Positions 27,944 through 36,826 of a stretch of DNA of 64,000 nucleotides are shown in pieces. How positions within the stretch are numbered: the stretch's first letter is position 1; the number at the start of each line of letters is the position of its first letter. The stretch covers positions 1,596 through 65,595 of the forward strand of contig LCDA01000003.1 of NCBI GenBank assembly GCA_000998275.1, given 5' to 3'. The translations under genes were made by a program, and so were the position numbers. The stretch is from Candidatus Collierbacteria bacterium GW2011_GWA2_42_17 (GTDB taxonomy: Bacteria > Patescibacteriota > Microgenomatia > UBA1400 > MFAQ01). Under the pieces are notes generated by a model. The model was not told the DNA's origin, made no database searches, and saw only the letters and a program-made list of their open reading frames with translations.

Positions 27944-28909
27944 ATGGAAAAAATAATTGAGGTAAAAAACCTCTCCAAAAAATTTAAGGTACCGGTTAAA
28001 CAGGGATTTGTCCGCAGTATTTTTATTCCGAAAAATAAAGAAATCGTGGCGGTGGATAATATTTCTTTTACGGTCGAGAGAGGGGAAGCGGTGGCCTTTC
28101 TCGGTCCTAATGGTGCCGGGAAAACGACAACCTTGAAAATGCTTACCGGACTGCTGTATCCAACAAGCGGGTCAGTGAAAGTATTGGAAACGATTCCTGT
28201 GGAGAGAAAATACACTTTTTTAAGAAAGATTGCCTTGGTTATGGGTAACAAGAGTGGTTTGTCGTGGGACCTGTCGGCGAGGCAGAGCTTTGACTTATTT
28301 GAGAGTATCTATGACCTTGATCATCAAGAGGCGATGAAAACGGTGGGCTACTTGGCGGAAATTTTAGAGGTATCTAAAAGTTTGGATTTACCGATTCGGA
28401 AGTTGTCACTGGGACAGAGACTAAAAATGGAGCTGATTGGGGCGATCCTGCATAGTCCGGAGATTGTATTTTTGGATGAGCCCACACTAGGACTGGATGT
28501 GGTGGCCAAGAGAAATATTCGAGAGTTTTTGAGAAAAACTAATAAAGAAAAAGGGACAACAATAATATTGACCAGTCATGATATGGCAGATATTGAAAAA
28601 GTGTGCAATCGGGTCATCGTGATTAACCACGGAAAAATTATGTTTGATGATGCGATTGGGAAACTAACAGGGAGATATAGGGGGAGGAAATATTTGACCT
28701 TGATTTTTACGGAGGAAGTCGCGCAGGAAGAGGTAGAAAAGTACGGTAAGGTGATTGATAAAAAGCCACTAACCTATACCATTGAAGTGGCAGGTGACGA
28801 ACAGGCAAAAGTAATTGCAGCAGTGAGCGAGAACCTACCTATTGATGATATTGATATTACCCATGTGCCATTGGACGAAATCATGGCGGATATGTTCGGG
28901 AAGAGGTAA
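27944..28909 (+). CDS. ABC transporter ATP-binding protein
   Basis: Walker A GPNGAGKTTT, signature LSLGQRLKM, Walker B IVFLDEP, H-loop TSHDM. Start taken at MEKIIEVKNLSKKF. Confidence 0.9.
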   Translation: MEKIIEVKNLSKKFKVPVKQGFVRSIFIPKNKEIVAVDNISFTVERGEAVAFLGPNGAGKTTTLKMLTGLLYPTSGSVKVLETIPVERKYTFLRKIALVMGNKSGLSWDLSARQSFDLFESIYDLDHQEAMKTVGYLAEILEVSKSLDLPIRKLSLGQRLKMELIGAILHSPEIVFLDEPTLGLDVVAKRNIREFLRKTNKEKGTTIILTSHDMADIEKVCNRVIVINHGKIMFDDAIGKLTGRYRGRKYLTLIFTEEVAQEEVEKYGKVIDKKPLTYTIEVAGDEQAKVIAAVSENLPIDDIDITHVPLDEIMADMFGKR

Positions 28910-28918
28910 AATTCTGAC

Positions 28919-29692
28919 ATGAGTATTTTTCGATTGAGTATAGTTTTGGGAACTGAAGAAGTGGTGGAGAAAGAACTTTTGTCAAAGTTTCCGAAAGCGG
29001 AAATTGTAGGAAGAACAAAGGGAAAAATAGATTTTCAGGTGGAGGGGAGGGTGCTAGGTGACTTTTCATCGCTGCTTTCGCCTCTTAGAATCCAAGATAC
29101 AAATCGTGGTGACGAGGATTTGTATAAGAGAGGATGGAGGAAAGCGTTTGTACCAGCTGGGATAAATCCTTCTTTGGCCTATGTACTTTGTGATTTGGCT
29201 GAGTTGAATGAAGATGATGTTGTGCTAGATCCATTTTGCGGTGGATCAACTATTCCAATCACAGCCGTTATGTATTTTGGGATTAAGAAAGCGTTTGCTT
29301 CGGATATAAGTGGAAAGGCAGTTGATATTAGCCTTGAAAATTGGAAAGCTTCAGGTGTAAAAAAAGACAAATTTGTTTTGTTTAGAAGTAATGTGTCGAC
29401 ATTGAAGTTGTCACCAAAATCAATCACGAAGGTAATTACCAATATGCCTTTTGGAATTCGGGTTGGGAATCATGAGATGAATAAAAAGCTGTATCGGAAT
29501 TTTGCGTTTAAGTTGAATAGATTGTTGAAAGATGATGGGTCTGCGATTGTGTTGACTCAAGAAAAAGAACTATTTGAGGAAGTGATGAAAAATGATTTTG
29601 AGGTAAGTGTAGAAATGACGCCGGAAGTGGGAGGATTGAGGCCAAATGTATATAAAGTTACTCGAAAAAGTGTAAAATACTTCGTAAAATGA
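28919..29692 (+). CDS. THUMP-domain SAM-dependent RNA methyltransferase (UPF0020 / N2-guanine or N6-adenine family)
   Basis: Motif I VLDPFCGGSTI and motif IV NMPFG (a D/N-PP-F/Y variant). N-terminal THUMP-like region. Confidence 0.7.
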   Translation: MSIFRLSIVLGTEEVVEKELLSKFPKAEIVGRTKGKIDFQVEGRVLGDFSSLLSPLRIQDTNRGDEDLYKRGWRKAFVPAGINPSLAYVLCDLAELNEDDVVLDPFCGGSTIPITAVMYFGIKKAFASDISGKAVDISLENWKASGVKKDKFVLFRSNVSTLKLSPKSITKVITNMPFGIRVGNHEMNKKLYRNFAFKLNRLLKDDGSAIVLTQEKELFEEVMKNDFEVSVEMTPEVGGLRPNVYKVTRKSVKYFVK

Positions 29693-30408
29693 AAACTAAT
29701 AGAATAAAAAGTTCCGTTAACATATCTAAAAAACAATTTAATCCAAATTATCTTCTTGTTGCAATCCCTTCTCGAGGAATGGTCAGTTGTGAGTTTGTAT
29801 CTTCTTTGTTGGCACAAGGTGACCCACTAAATATGTCTATTTCGTATCGTTTTGAAGTTGGCGGAGAAGTAGGGGAATCTCGAAACCGATTGGTTGGACA
29901 CGCACTAAAGATTGGAGCAGAGTATATATTGTTTATTGATGATGATGTAATATTGCCAACGAACTGTTTCAATAAACTTGTTTATTGGGCAAAAAAGGGA
30001 CATGATGTTGTCTCTGGGGTGTATTACAGTAAACAGGTTCCTCCTCAGCCCCTTATTTTTAAAGGTAGAGGCAATGGATATTTAAGTGACTGGAAGGTGG
30101 GTGACATTATCGAAGATGCTGATGGAATTGGAATGGGGATCACACTAATTAAAACAAGTGTTTTTAGAAATATCTCAAAACCATGGTTTAAATCGGTCGT
30201 TAATCAAAAAGAAAAAAATAGAGAAGAATTTATTTCTGTTGATGAGTCACTTTACTTTTGTGATAAGCTCGAGCTGAACGGAATTAAAATATTAATTGAC
30301 ACTTCGATTCAAGGAATTCATTTTGATTCAAATTCAAAAACCTTTTTCTTTAATAGTAATGGTGAACCCGTTGTTGTAAGAGATAATAAAGTAATAAATA
30401 ATATTTAG
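29689..30408 (+). CDS. GT-A fold glycosyltransferase-like protein
   Basis: LLVAIPSRG..., ILFIDDDVILP (DxD), no TM segments. ATGA overlap with the upstream methyltransferase. Confidence 0.45.
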   Translation: MKTNRIKSSVNISKKQFNPNYLLVAIPSRGMVSCEFVSSLLAQGDPLNMSISYRFEVGGEVGESRNRLVGHALKIGAEYILFIDDDVILPTNCFNKLVYWAKKGHDVVSGVYYSKQVPPQPLIFKGRGNGYLSDWKVGDIIEDADGIGMGITLIKTSVFRNISKPWFKSVVNQKEKNREEFISVDESLYFCDKLELNGIKILIDTSIQGIHFDSNSKTFFFNSNGEPVVVRDNKVINNI

Positions 30409-30411
30409 ATC

Positions 30412-31545
30412 ATGTCAATTCATAATTATCTTCCAAACAATATTAGTATCATAGAGAACGATAGGACAACTATTGAGATTGGTAATGTTTCGACGAGGCT
30501 ACTTCAGGAAATAAATTTGTCTGCGTCTAAAAAAATGATTGAGATTTTTTCTCCATCTGGGGTTTTTGGGGTTATTGCTTCTAAACAAAATCCAAAATTG
30601 GAGATATGTGAATTTGTAACTAATATACAAGATAAAAAAACTGTTTCCAAGATTTTTGACATAAATGGTATAAAAAATGGTTGCGTTTTTCCGATAACTG
30701 ACTTGTTTGCATATAAGAATGAGGTTGATGTTGTAGTAATCAGAACAGTATTGGAAAAACGAAAATCTTTGATTATCAAATCAGCTACTTTTGCAGCCTC
30801 TCTACTAAAGGGGAATGGGCAACTCTTTCTTGTGGGTGCTAAAAATGAGGGGGTTCAATCTATTGCAAAACAATTGTCAAAAATATTTTTGATTAATTCG
30901 GAAACAGTACAGTATAAACAAGGGGTTCACTTAATTAAATTTAGTTTCCCCTTAGGTTTTAAAAGAAAAATCGACGGGGAAGAGGAAGATGATGTCCAGG
31001 AATACGATATCAATGGCGTTTCTTTAAAACTAATTACTGACGAAAATGTGTTTGCAAAAGGGAAGCTCGATTCAGCAACAAAACTATTACTGGAAAATCT
31101 GATAATAAATGATAGCGATAAAATCTTAGATTTGGGGTGTGGGTCGGGTGTTATTGGATTATTCGCTTCGAAAAAAGCGAAAGATGTAAGGGTGACCCTT
31201 GTTGATGATGACTATATCTCTATTAAAACTGCTGAAAGAAATTTGATTCTAAATAAGGTTAATAACTACCAATTATTTGTTAGTGATGGGCTGAGTGAAA
31301 TGAAAGAAGGGTTGTTTAATTGTATTATTTCAAACCCACCATTTCATCAGGGAAGAGAAATATCTCATTTAGTCGCCGAGCGATTTATTAGAGAAAGCTA
31401 TAAGTATCTGCTTCCCGGAGGGAAATTGTATATAGTTTGTAATATATTTTTAGCTTACGAGAAAATTTTCAAAGAGATATATAATGATTCGAAGATTATC
31501 GCCAAAAATAAATCCTTCAAAGTGATTCTGGGTGTCAAGAAATAA
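30412..31545 (+). CDS. RsmC/RlmG-like two-domain rRNA (guanine-N2) methyltransferase
   Basis: C-terminal active domain with ILDLGCGSGVIG (motif I) and NPPFH (motif IV). N-terminal degenerate MTase-like domain. The length of 377 aa matches RlmG. Confidence 0.65.
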   Translation: MSIHNYLPNNISIIENDRTTIEIGNVSTRLLQEINLSASKKMIEIFSPSGVFGVIASKQNPKLEICEFVTNIQDKKTVSKIFDINGIKNGCVFPITDLFAYKNEVDVVVIRTVLEKRKSLIIKSATFAASLLKGNGQLFLVGAKNEGVQSIAKQLSKIFLINSETVQYKQGVHLIKFSFPLGFKRKIDGEEEDDVQEYDINGVSLKLITDENVFAKGKLDSATKLLLENLIINDSDKILDLGCGSGVIGLFASKKAKDVRVTLVDDDYISIKTAERNLILNKVNNYQLFVSDGLSEMKEGLFNCIISNPPFHQGREISHLVAERFIRESYKYLLPGGKLYIVCNIFLAYEKIFKEIYNDSKIIAKNKSFKVILGVKK

Positions 31546-31822
31546 GCAATGTTTTTGGAATTAAATTCAAGTAGTATCTTTTTATTTCCTCAATAACGTC
31601 AGATATGGGGTATCCCAGGGCATTTTCAATTTCTTTTTGTAATTGATTATTATCTATAGTTTTGTGATGATTTAATAAAACAAATCCTGTTATTTTGTCC
31701 AAGAAAAAGAACCTCATAGCCTTGACGGAATAGAAGCAGTATCCGTGCCCTTCGATCCTATAAAGTAATTTTCCTTCAGATGTTCGTAATGAAAATAAAT
31801 TATTTTTCATTTTCTTGAGCAT
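31535..31822 (-). CDS. PqqD-like small protein (possible RiPP recognition element) coupled to the radical SAM gene
   Basis: 95 aa. YSVKAMRFFFLDKITGF ... ISDVIEEIKRYYLNL resembles the YxLNetAaxIWellDG ... DVxxFlxeL pattern of PqqD/RRE proteins. Its start overlaps the end of the rSAM gene by 23 nt. Confidence 0.4.
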   Translation of the reverse strand: MLKKMKNNLFSLRTSEGKLLYRIEGHGYCFYSVKAMRFFFLDKITGFVLLNHHKTIDNNQLQKEIENALGYPISDVIEEIKRYYLNLIPKTLLIS

Positions 31823-32897
31823 AAAAACAATGAGTATCTGATGCGTTTATCTTGTTTGAATCATAATATGCGGCAGCTCTGCATCCACCACCACACCACT
31901 TATTTTTGCATGTCGAACAAGGACCAATTAATGATTTTTTTGATAGATTTCTAAATTCTGCAAAGAGCTTGGAAGATTTCCAAATATTGCTAAATTCATT
32001 CTTCCTCACATTACCGGCACTCATTGTCGGGTTAGAGACAAACATTTCACAAGGATAGACGGAACCGTCTTCCCCAATTGAGCAAACAGAAATTCCAGCC
32101 ACACAGGATATATCAGAGCGATTCTTTGTATTTTGTTCCCAAACATCTTTCAGTAGATTTAGCTTGTTGAGTTTTTTTAATGGATAATAGTATTCCCAAA
32201 ATACTGGACCTTCATTGGTGACATTTAGGTTTATTTTTGGAAATTTGTTTGTATTTTGATAATTGATTAGGTCGTTTACAAACTTTATGTACCTTTTTCT
32301 TTCAGGTATGAAATCCATATTTTTTGATAGTCTTCCTGCAGGGCATAATACCTGTATCCCAACAATATCGATATCCATTGGCCTGACTAAATCGATTGTG
32401 TCAAAAACACAATCGATATTGTAAGAGTTTAAAGTTAGACCAATTGCTGTGTTTAACTTGTGTTTCTTAAGTAGTTTAATTGCTTTGAGTGCTTTTTCAA
32501 AAGATTGTCCACCCTTAATTTTGTCATGTAATTCAGCATTGTTAGCCTCTAAAGATACGGTAATCAGCTCAAAGTTGCATTTAGAAAGCTTAATACAAAT
32601 TTCTTCAGTTAAAAAATACCCCGTCGTATTTAACGATAGGGAAAAATCATATTTCTTTGTTATTGAAAGAATATCTAAAAAATCACTTCTCATTAACGGT
32701 TCGCCGCCTGCAAGTTGAACACGAAAAACGCCAATTTTTTGAAACTCAGAAAATAACTTGTCAAGTTCATCAATGGTTAACTCTTTGGAAGTGTTAGTAG
32801 CTTCATTTGCTGAGGCATAACAATACTTACAATTTAGGTGACATCGATTAGTCAAATTCAAATCAACTCTCAAGGGAGCCGATAAAAAATCTCTCAT
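31800..32897 (-). CDS. Radical SAM enzyme with C-terminal SPASM domain (peptide/protein-modifying maturase type)
   Basis: CHLNCKYC (CxxxCxxC), GGEPLM. C-terminal Cys clusters CVAGISVCSIGEDGSVYPC and CSTCKNKWCGGGCRAAAY typical of SPASM auxiliary Fe-S sites. Confidence 0.9.
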   Translation of the reverse strand: MRDFLSAPLRVDLNLTNRCHLNCKYCYASANEATNTSKELTIDELDKLFSEFQKIGVFRVQLAGGEPLMRSDFLDILSITKKYDFSLSLNTTGYFLTEEICIKLSKCNFELITVSLEANNAELHDKIKGGQSFEKALKAIKLLKKHKLNTAIGLTLNSYNIDCVFDTIDLVRPMDIDIVGIQVLCPAGRLSKNMDFIPERKRYIKFVNDLINYQNTNKFPKINLNVTNEGPVFWEYYYPLKKLNKLNLLKDVWEQNTKNRSDISCVAGISVCSIGEDGSVYPCEMFVSNPTMSAGNVRKNEFSNIWKSSKLFAEFRNLSKKSLIGPCSTCKNKWCGGGCRAAAYYDSNKINASDTHCFYAQENEK

Positions 32898-33129
32898 TAT
32901 TTGTGAATTATATCTGATTACGCAGCTCTGCCCCAGGTTTTATAGATGACTACCTTAGGATTAAGCCTATTTTTTAAATCTGATATAACTTTTTGTATTC
33001 TTTTCTTACTCAATTGACTCACCCCCAATCATGTTTAGTGATAATGTACTAATAATAACATCTGTGTTTCTGGTTAGTGAGCGCAGTTTATTCTTAACGA
33101 TACACAAACAAGGAATTTTTTTGAAGTGA

Positions 33130-33903
33130 TTATATTTTTTGTGCGATAACACCGATGATGGGATCGTTATTTTTGAATGAGACAATGCCATGTTTGTTAT
33201 CATAAGAACCATACATCAATTTAGTGCGTAAACCGAAACTTTCAATAAGTTTGGTTACTTGGTCTAGCGTGTATAGATACATTTTGTTATTGCTGGTATT
33301 TTTATCAAGTTTCCCATCGATGATGACCGACTGATTTATTTCAAGAGTTTGGTCCTGCTTGTTTAGTTTTTGTTTTGTCCTTCTAGATAGACGATGTAGT
33401 TTATCTGACTTAAATTCTTTTTCAATAAAATACTTATTATCAAATTCAAAAGTTTTGACATTTTCAAAGTTTATGACGTCGAAACATATTATTCCATCGC
33501 TTTTTATTGAATCAATCATATTTTTGATTACTATGGAAAAGTCATGATAATTAATATCACCAATCACATTGTAAAGGCAAATTGCTGCATCAAATTTTTC
33601 TGTAATTACATCTCTAATGTCGGACAATATGAGGTTTGGTTTAAGCTTATTTTTTATAATTTTTCTCTTTGCAATTTTTAGCATGTCAGCACTTATATCG
33701 ATTCCTAATAAATCAAAACCTTGTTTGGCAAGAGGAATATAAAAATTACCAGTACCACACCCGAGGTCGACTATGGTTTTGACATTATTTTTTCTAAATA
33801 TTTTTGTTAGTGTGTCTGCTATCGCATCGTATGGTATTCCATCAGCATCAATTTGATCGTAATATTTTGCATTGTATTTGTACCAATTAAAGTTTTTATT
33901 CAT
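33130..33903 (-). CDS. Class I SAM-dependent methyltransferase
   Basis: IVDLGCGTGNF (motif I), DLLGIDIS, LYNVIGDINY. Length 257 aa. Confidence 0.8.
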   Translation of the reverse strand: MNKNFNWYKYNAKYYDQIDADGIPYDAIADTLTKIFRKNNVKTIVDLGCGTGNFYIPLAKQGFDLLGIDISADMLKIAKRKIIKNKLKPNLILSDIRDVITEKFDAAICLYNVIGDINYHDFSIVIKNMIDSIKSDGIICFDVINFENVKTFEFDNKYFIEKEFKSDKLHRLSRRTKQKLNKQDQTLEINQSVIIDGKLDKNTSNNKMYLYTLDQVTKLIESFGLRTKLMYGSYDNKHGIVSFKNNDPIIGVIAQKI

Positions 33904-34017
33904 GTAATTTATTGAATGATTGTGACACGACTTGTTTCAAGAGGTGGTGGCTAGTTTTGTTATTATGTGACAATTATAGATTGTGTTGTGTGAGAATTGA
34001 TAAGGTTGGAGAAGCAT

Positions 34018-34041
34018 TGGAGAGTATCTGTCTAGATAGAT
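34018..34041. promoter_or_regulatory. Near-perfect 24-bp palindrome in the divergent methyltransferase/GNAT promoter region
   Basis: GAGTATCT-gtctagat-AGATACTC (8-bp perfect arms around a TCTAGA core), 27 nt upstream of the GNAT ATG. Confidence 0.35.
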
Positions 34042-34067
34042 ACTCCTTTGTATTATAAAATGCAGAG

Positions 34068-34526
34068 ATGATTATCAGAAATGCGAGGATTGAAGATGTT
34101 TCTCGATTGAGAGAAGTTAAACCTGTTTTAGATATTGAGAAAATAAATAGACGGCTTGAGGAACAAGATGGGGGTAGGGCGAATTTTTTGATTGTGGAAG
34201 AAAATGGTGAAATAGTAAGTTTTGTTTACTTGAAGTTTTTTGGAAGCGATATTCATCCGGACTATCCAGATATTGAGGACCTTTTCACCAAAGAAAGTGA
34301 GAGAGGGAGGGGTTTTGCATCTATGTTAATTAGAGAGTGTGAAAAATTGGCAAAAGAGAGAGGTTTTAAAAAGATAGGGTTGGCCGTAAATCCCGATCTT
34401 AATAATTCTGCAAGAAAATTATACGAATATTTAGGTTTTCATAATGTCGGAGAGAAACCTTATGTTGATGCAGTTTACGACGGAGTAAAAGACTGGTGCA
34501 TCGATATGGTAAAAAGATTGAGTTGA
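34068..34526 (+). CDS. GNAT family N-acetyltransferase
   Basis: FLIVEENGEIVSFVYL, motif A RGRGFASMLIRECEKLAKERGFKKIGLAV, YEYLGF. Confidence 0.85.
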   Translation: MIIRNARIEDVSRLREVKPVLDIEKINRRLEEQDGGRANFLIVEENGEIVSFVYLKFFGSDIHPDYPDIEDLFTKESERGRGFASMLIRECEKLAKERGFKKIGLAVNPDLNNSARKLYEYLGFHNVGEKPYVDAVYDGVKDWCIDMVKRLS

Positions 34527-34612
34527 TGAGTGAAGAACTATACCGACGATGATGTCGAAATTACGTATGTTCAATTGGACGAGATTGTGGCGGATATGTT
34601 CGGGAAGAGGTA
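34527..34612 (+). pseudogene. Remnant of an ABC ATPase 3' end (duplicate of the end of the gene at 27944-28909)
   Basis: Encodes VKNYTDDDVEITYVQLDEIVADMFGKR*, versus the ATPase C-terminus ...DDIDITHVPLDEIMADMFGKR*. The DNA is near-identical over ggcggatatgttcgggaagaggtaaaatt, including the downstream spacer up to the next ATG. Confidence 0.6.
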
Positions 34613-34641
34613 AAATTATTTCATGAAAGGGGGTGAGTTCG

Positions 34642-34749
34642 GATGAATGAAGTTGAAACAATAAAAAAAGCTGAAGAAATAGATATTGAAGAGGTGATAA
34701 ATCAAGAAAAAACCAAAAAAGAAGTGATTTTTATGGAGGCAGAGTGTAA
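34642..34749 (+). CDS. Small acidic peptide ORF (35 aa), candidate precursor or leader peptide
   Basis: MNEVETIKKAEEIDIEEVINQEKNQKRSDFYGGRV. GGGGGTG SD 10 nt upstream. Lies between the ABC-fragment remnant and the Asn-synthetase-like gene. Confidence 0.35.
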
Positions 34750-34811
34750 TAGAAAAAGTAGTCGTTATCCCGAAGGACGACGACCTCATTATTAATAGCG
34801 AAATATGAATT

Positions 34812-36395
34812 ATGGTTTTTCCTAAAATAACCATCAAAAAGATTGCTGGTGGACTGGGTTTGGAGGTGGTTTGGCCTGAAAGGGAGCTGCCTGAAAAAGT
34901 AGTTTATGAAGATGACGATTACAAAGCCTGGGGGTATCAGGTTGATTACGATGGGGTATCCTTTGAGGAAAAAGTGAAGTTGATGATAGCCGGGAAAGAG
35001 AAAGAGATTGTTTTGATCGACGGAGATTTGTTAATGGTACTTTGGAATAAAAAGAAAAATGAGGTGAAGGCAATGGTGGGTATGTCGGGTATGTTTCCAT
35101 TATATTTTGCCAGAGAAGGTGACGTGTTTTACCTTTCTCCGGATTTTTACGAGGTTTTTAAAGAAATAAAAAAACCAAAGATTAATAAAGATGAAGTATT
35201 GGATTATCTTTTGCAAGAATATTTTATTTATCAGACGGATAAAACTTTTATTGATGGCGTTTCCAGATTACCTGCCGGGTGTTTGCTGACCATAACGAGT
35301 GATTTGAAATATCAGGCTGAAGAATTGGTTGATCTTAAAGAAATAATTGCAAATCCCGGAAAGGATCTGAGTGCCGTTGAAGCCACAAAAGAAATTGAAA
35401 ATACTTTAACGACAGCGATCAAGAAGAGGTTGGAATATTTTAAAGACAAACCACTCGTTTGTGATTTTTCGAGCGGGTTTGATTGCATGATGGTAGGTTA
35501 TCTGATGAAAAATTTGGGGGCGGATTTTACCGGGTATAGTTGGTATACAAAAGAAAACAATGATGACAGCGATCCGAGTATCGTGGCAAAATGGTCGGAG
35601 GTCAATGGAGTAAACTGCAAATTTTCTGACGTAACAAATATTTTATTTTTTCATGATGAGGCAGACTTGAAATGGAATGCGACTCATTTTTTCCCCGCCT
35701 GGCACTCATTATCACTGGCTTTGGCTAACGAGAAAGATAAAGTAAAATTGTTTGGGAAAAACGTGGTGACTTTTACAGGTGAAGGGGGAGATGAATTTTT
35801 ACACGCGAGTGACCTTTTGGGGTATTTGAACGACATTAATAAGAATGAACATGAATTTATCAAGGAATATGCCGAGGGAGGTGCCGAAAGTATTTATACA
35901 AAAACGGCCTATGATCGATTGGTGAGTGAGGATAGAGCAAACTCTACAAAGTTTTATGGTAATAGATATGGTTCGGCGGTTGGGGAACAGTGCTATTTTG
36001 CAATTTATTGGGAAACGGGAACATGGATGAGCAATCCTTATGATACCTTACCAATGCTAAAGCTTTCCCAAAGACTGCCAAAAGACGAAAGGGGAAATAC
36101 AATCAACAAGCAGAAAATATATTTTGGAAATACAAAAGCTTTCATTCCAGAGCAGTATCGGGTGAAACTGCCCTATCATGAACAAGTTTATCGATTCTTG
36201 GATGAGAAAAAAGATATTTTGATTAATATTTTAGAAAACTCGGTACTGGGGAAATTGGGGATTGTTCAGTCAGAAGAGTTACTGAAGGCCTTACGCGAGG
36301 GGAGTATTAAAGGGGTAGTTAAAGAACACTATCTTTGTTTTGGAAATTTATGTCGTTTGGAAGTGTTTTTGCAGGCAAATGGGGTAAGAGGATGA
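34812..36395 (+). CDS. Asparagine-synthetase-family protein lacking the N-terminal catalytic Cys (lasso-cyclase-like or amidotransferase-like)
   Basis: 527 aa. N-terminus MVFPK (no Cys2), so no glutaminase activity. The central region LVCDFSSGFDCMMVGYLM is a degenerate PP-loop (SGGxDS). Overall Asn_synthase domain organisation. Confidence 0.6.
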   Translation: MVFPKITIKKIAGGLGLEVVWPERELPEKVVYEDDDYKAWGYQVDYDGVSFEEKVKLMIAGKEKEIVLIDGDLLMVLWNKKKNEVKAMVGMSGMFPLYFAREGDVFYLSPDFYEVFKEIKKPKINKDEVLDYLLQEYFIYQTDKTFIDGVSRLPAGCLLTITSDLKYQAEELVDLKEIIANPGKDLSAVEATKEIENTLTTAIKKRLEYFKDKPLVCDFSSGFDCMMVGYLMKNLGADFTGYSWYTKENNDDSDPSIVAKWSEVNGVNCKFSDVTNILFFHDEADLKWNATHFFPAWHSLSLALANEKDKVKLFGKNVVTFTGEGGDEFLHASDLLGYLNDINKNEHEFIKEYAEGGAESIYTKTAYDRLVSEDRANSTKFYGNRYGSAVGEQCYFAIYWETGTWMSNPYDTLPMLKLSQRLPKDERGNTINKQKIYFGNTKAFIPEQYRVKLPYHEQVYRFLDEKKDILINILENSVLGKLGIVQSEELLKALREGSIKGVVKEHYLCFGNLCRLEVFLQANGVRG

Positions 36396-36826
36396 TTAAT
36401 TTTTTTGATGACGTACTTTGTATCGTTTATCGCGTATAGATACCCAGTTTTTTGACCACTAATTATTTTTGCGAGGGGTGCGTGTTCGCCAAGGAGAATA
36501 ATATCGTCGATTTTTTTACCACCTAAGCCTTCAGGAACAATAAGAAAGTTATTTCTTTGTTTACTATCGACATTTTCAGTTTCGACGAACGAACCAATTG
36601 TTGCATAATCTACTGATTTGGTCTGATGATTTACGTTTATTTTAATAGCTAATAGCTCTGCTTTGTTTTTTTGGAGAGCTTGAACAAGTTGATCTGCGTG
36701 TTGTCTTGTTTGATCGTGTTGTGATTCCATGGGGGTGGCGGCTTCATCTCTTTGTTTTTTGGCGTTATCGATGGCTTTGTTAATCGATTCGATTTCTTGG
36801 TTAATAATATTTTCGATACTTATCAT
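36329..36826 (-). CDS. Hypothetical protein (166 aa from the internal ATG)
   Basis: The track ORF extends to 37000, but its first 58 codons are an lpxC 3' remnant. The likely real start is MISIENIINQ. 67-bp convergent overlap with the preceding gene. Confidence 0.35.
   Translation of the reverse strand: MISIENIINQEIESINKAIDNAKKQRDEAATPMESQHDQTRQHADQLVQALQKNKAELLAIKINVNHQTKSVDYATIGSFVETENVDSKQRNNFLIVPEGLGGKKIDDIILLGEHAPLAKIISGQKTGYLYAINDTKYVIKKINHPLTPFACKNTSKRHKFPKQR

Noticed and set aside
33006-33212. 68-aa minus-strand ORF between the rSAM gene and the methyltransferase (considered as a precursor peptide)
   Set aside because: Its 5' part overlaps the methyltransferase coding sequence in another frame. 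Only the last 8 codons lie in the intergenic region. The composition is not peptide-precursor-like.
34642-34749. Lasso-peptide precursor interpretation of the 35-aa peptide
   Set aside because: It lacks the penultimate-Thr leader signature, a Gly/Cys/Ser/Ala first core residue with an Asp/Glu at core position 7-9, and any B2 protease gene. It is kept only as a generic candidate precursor or leader peptide.
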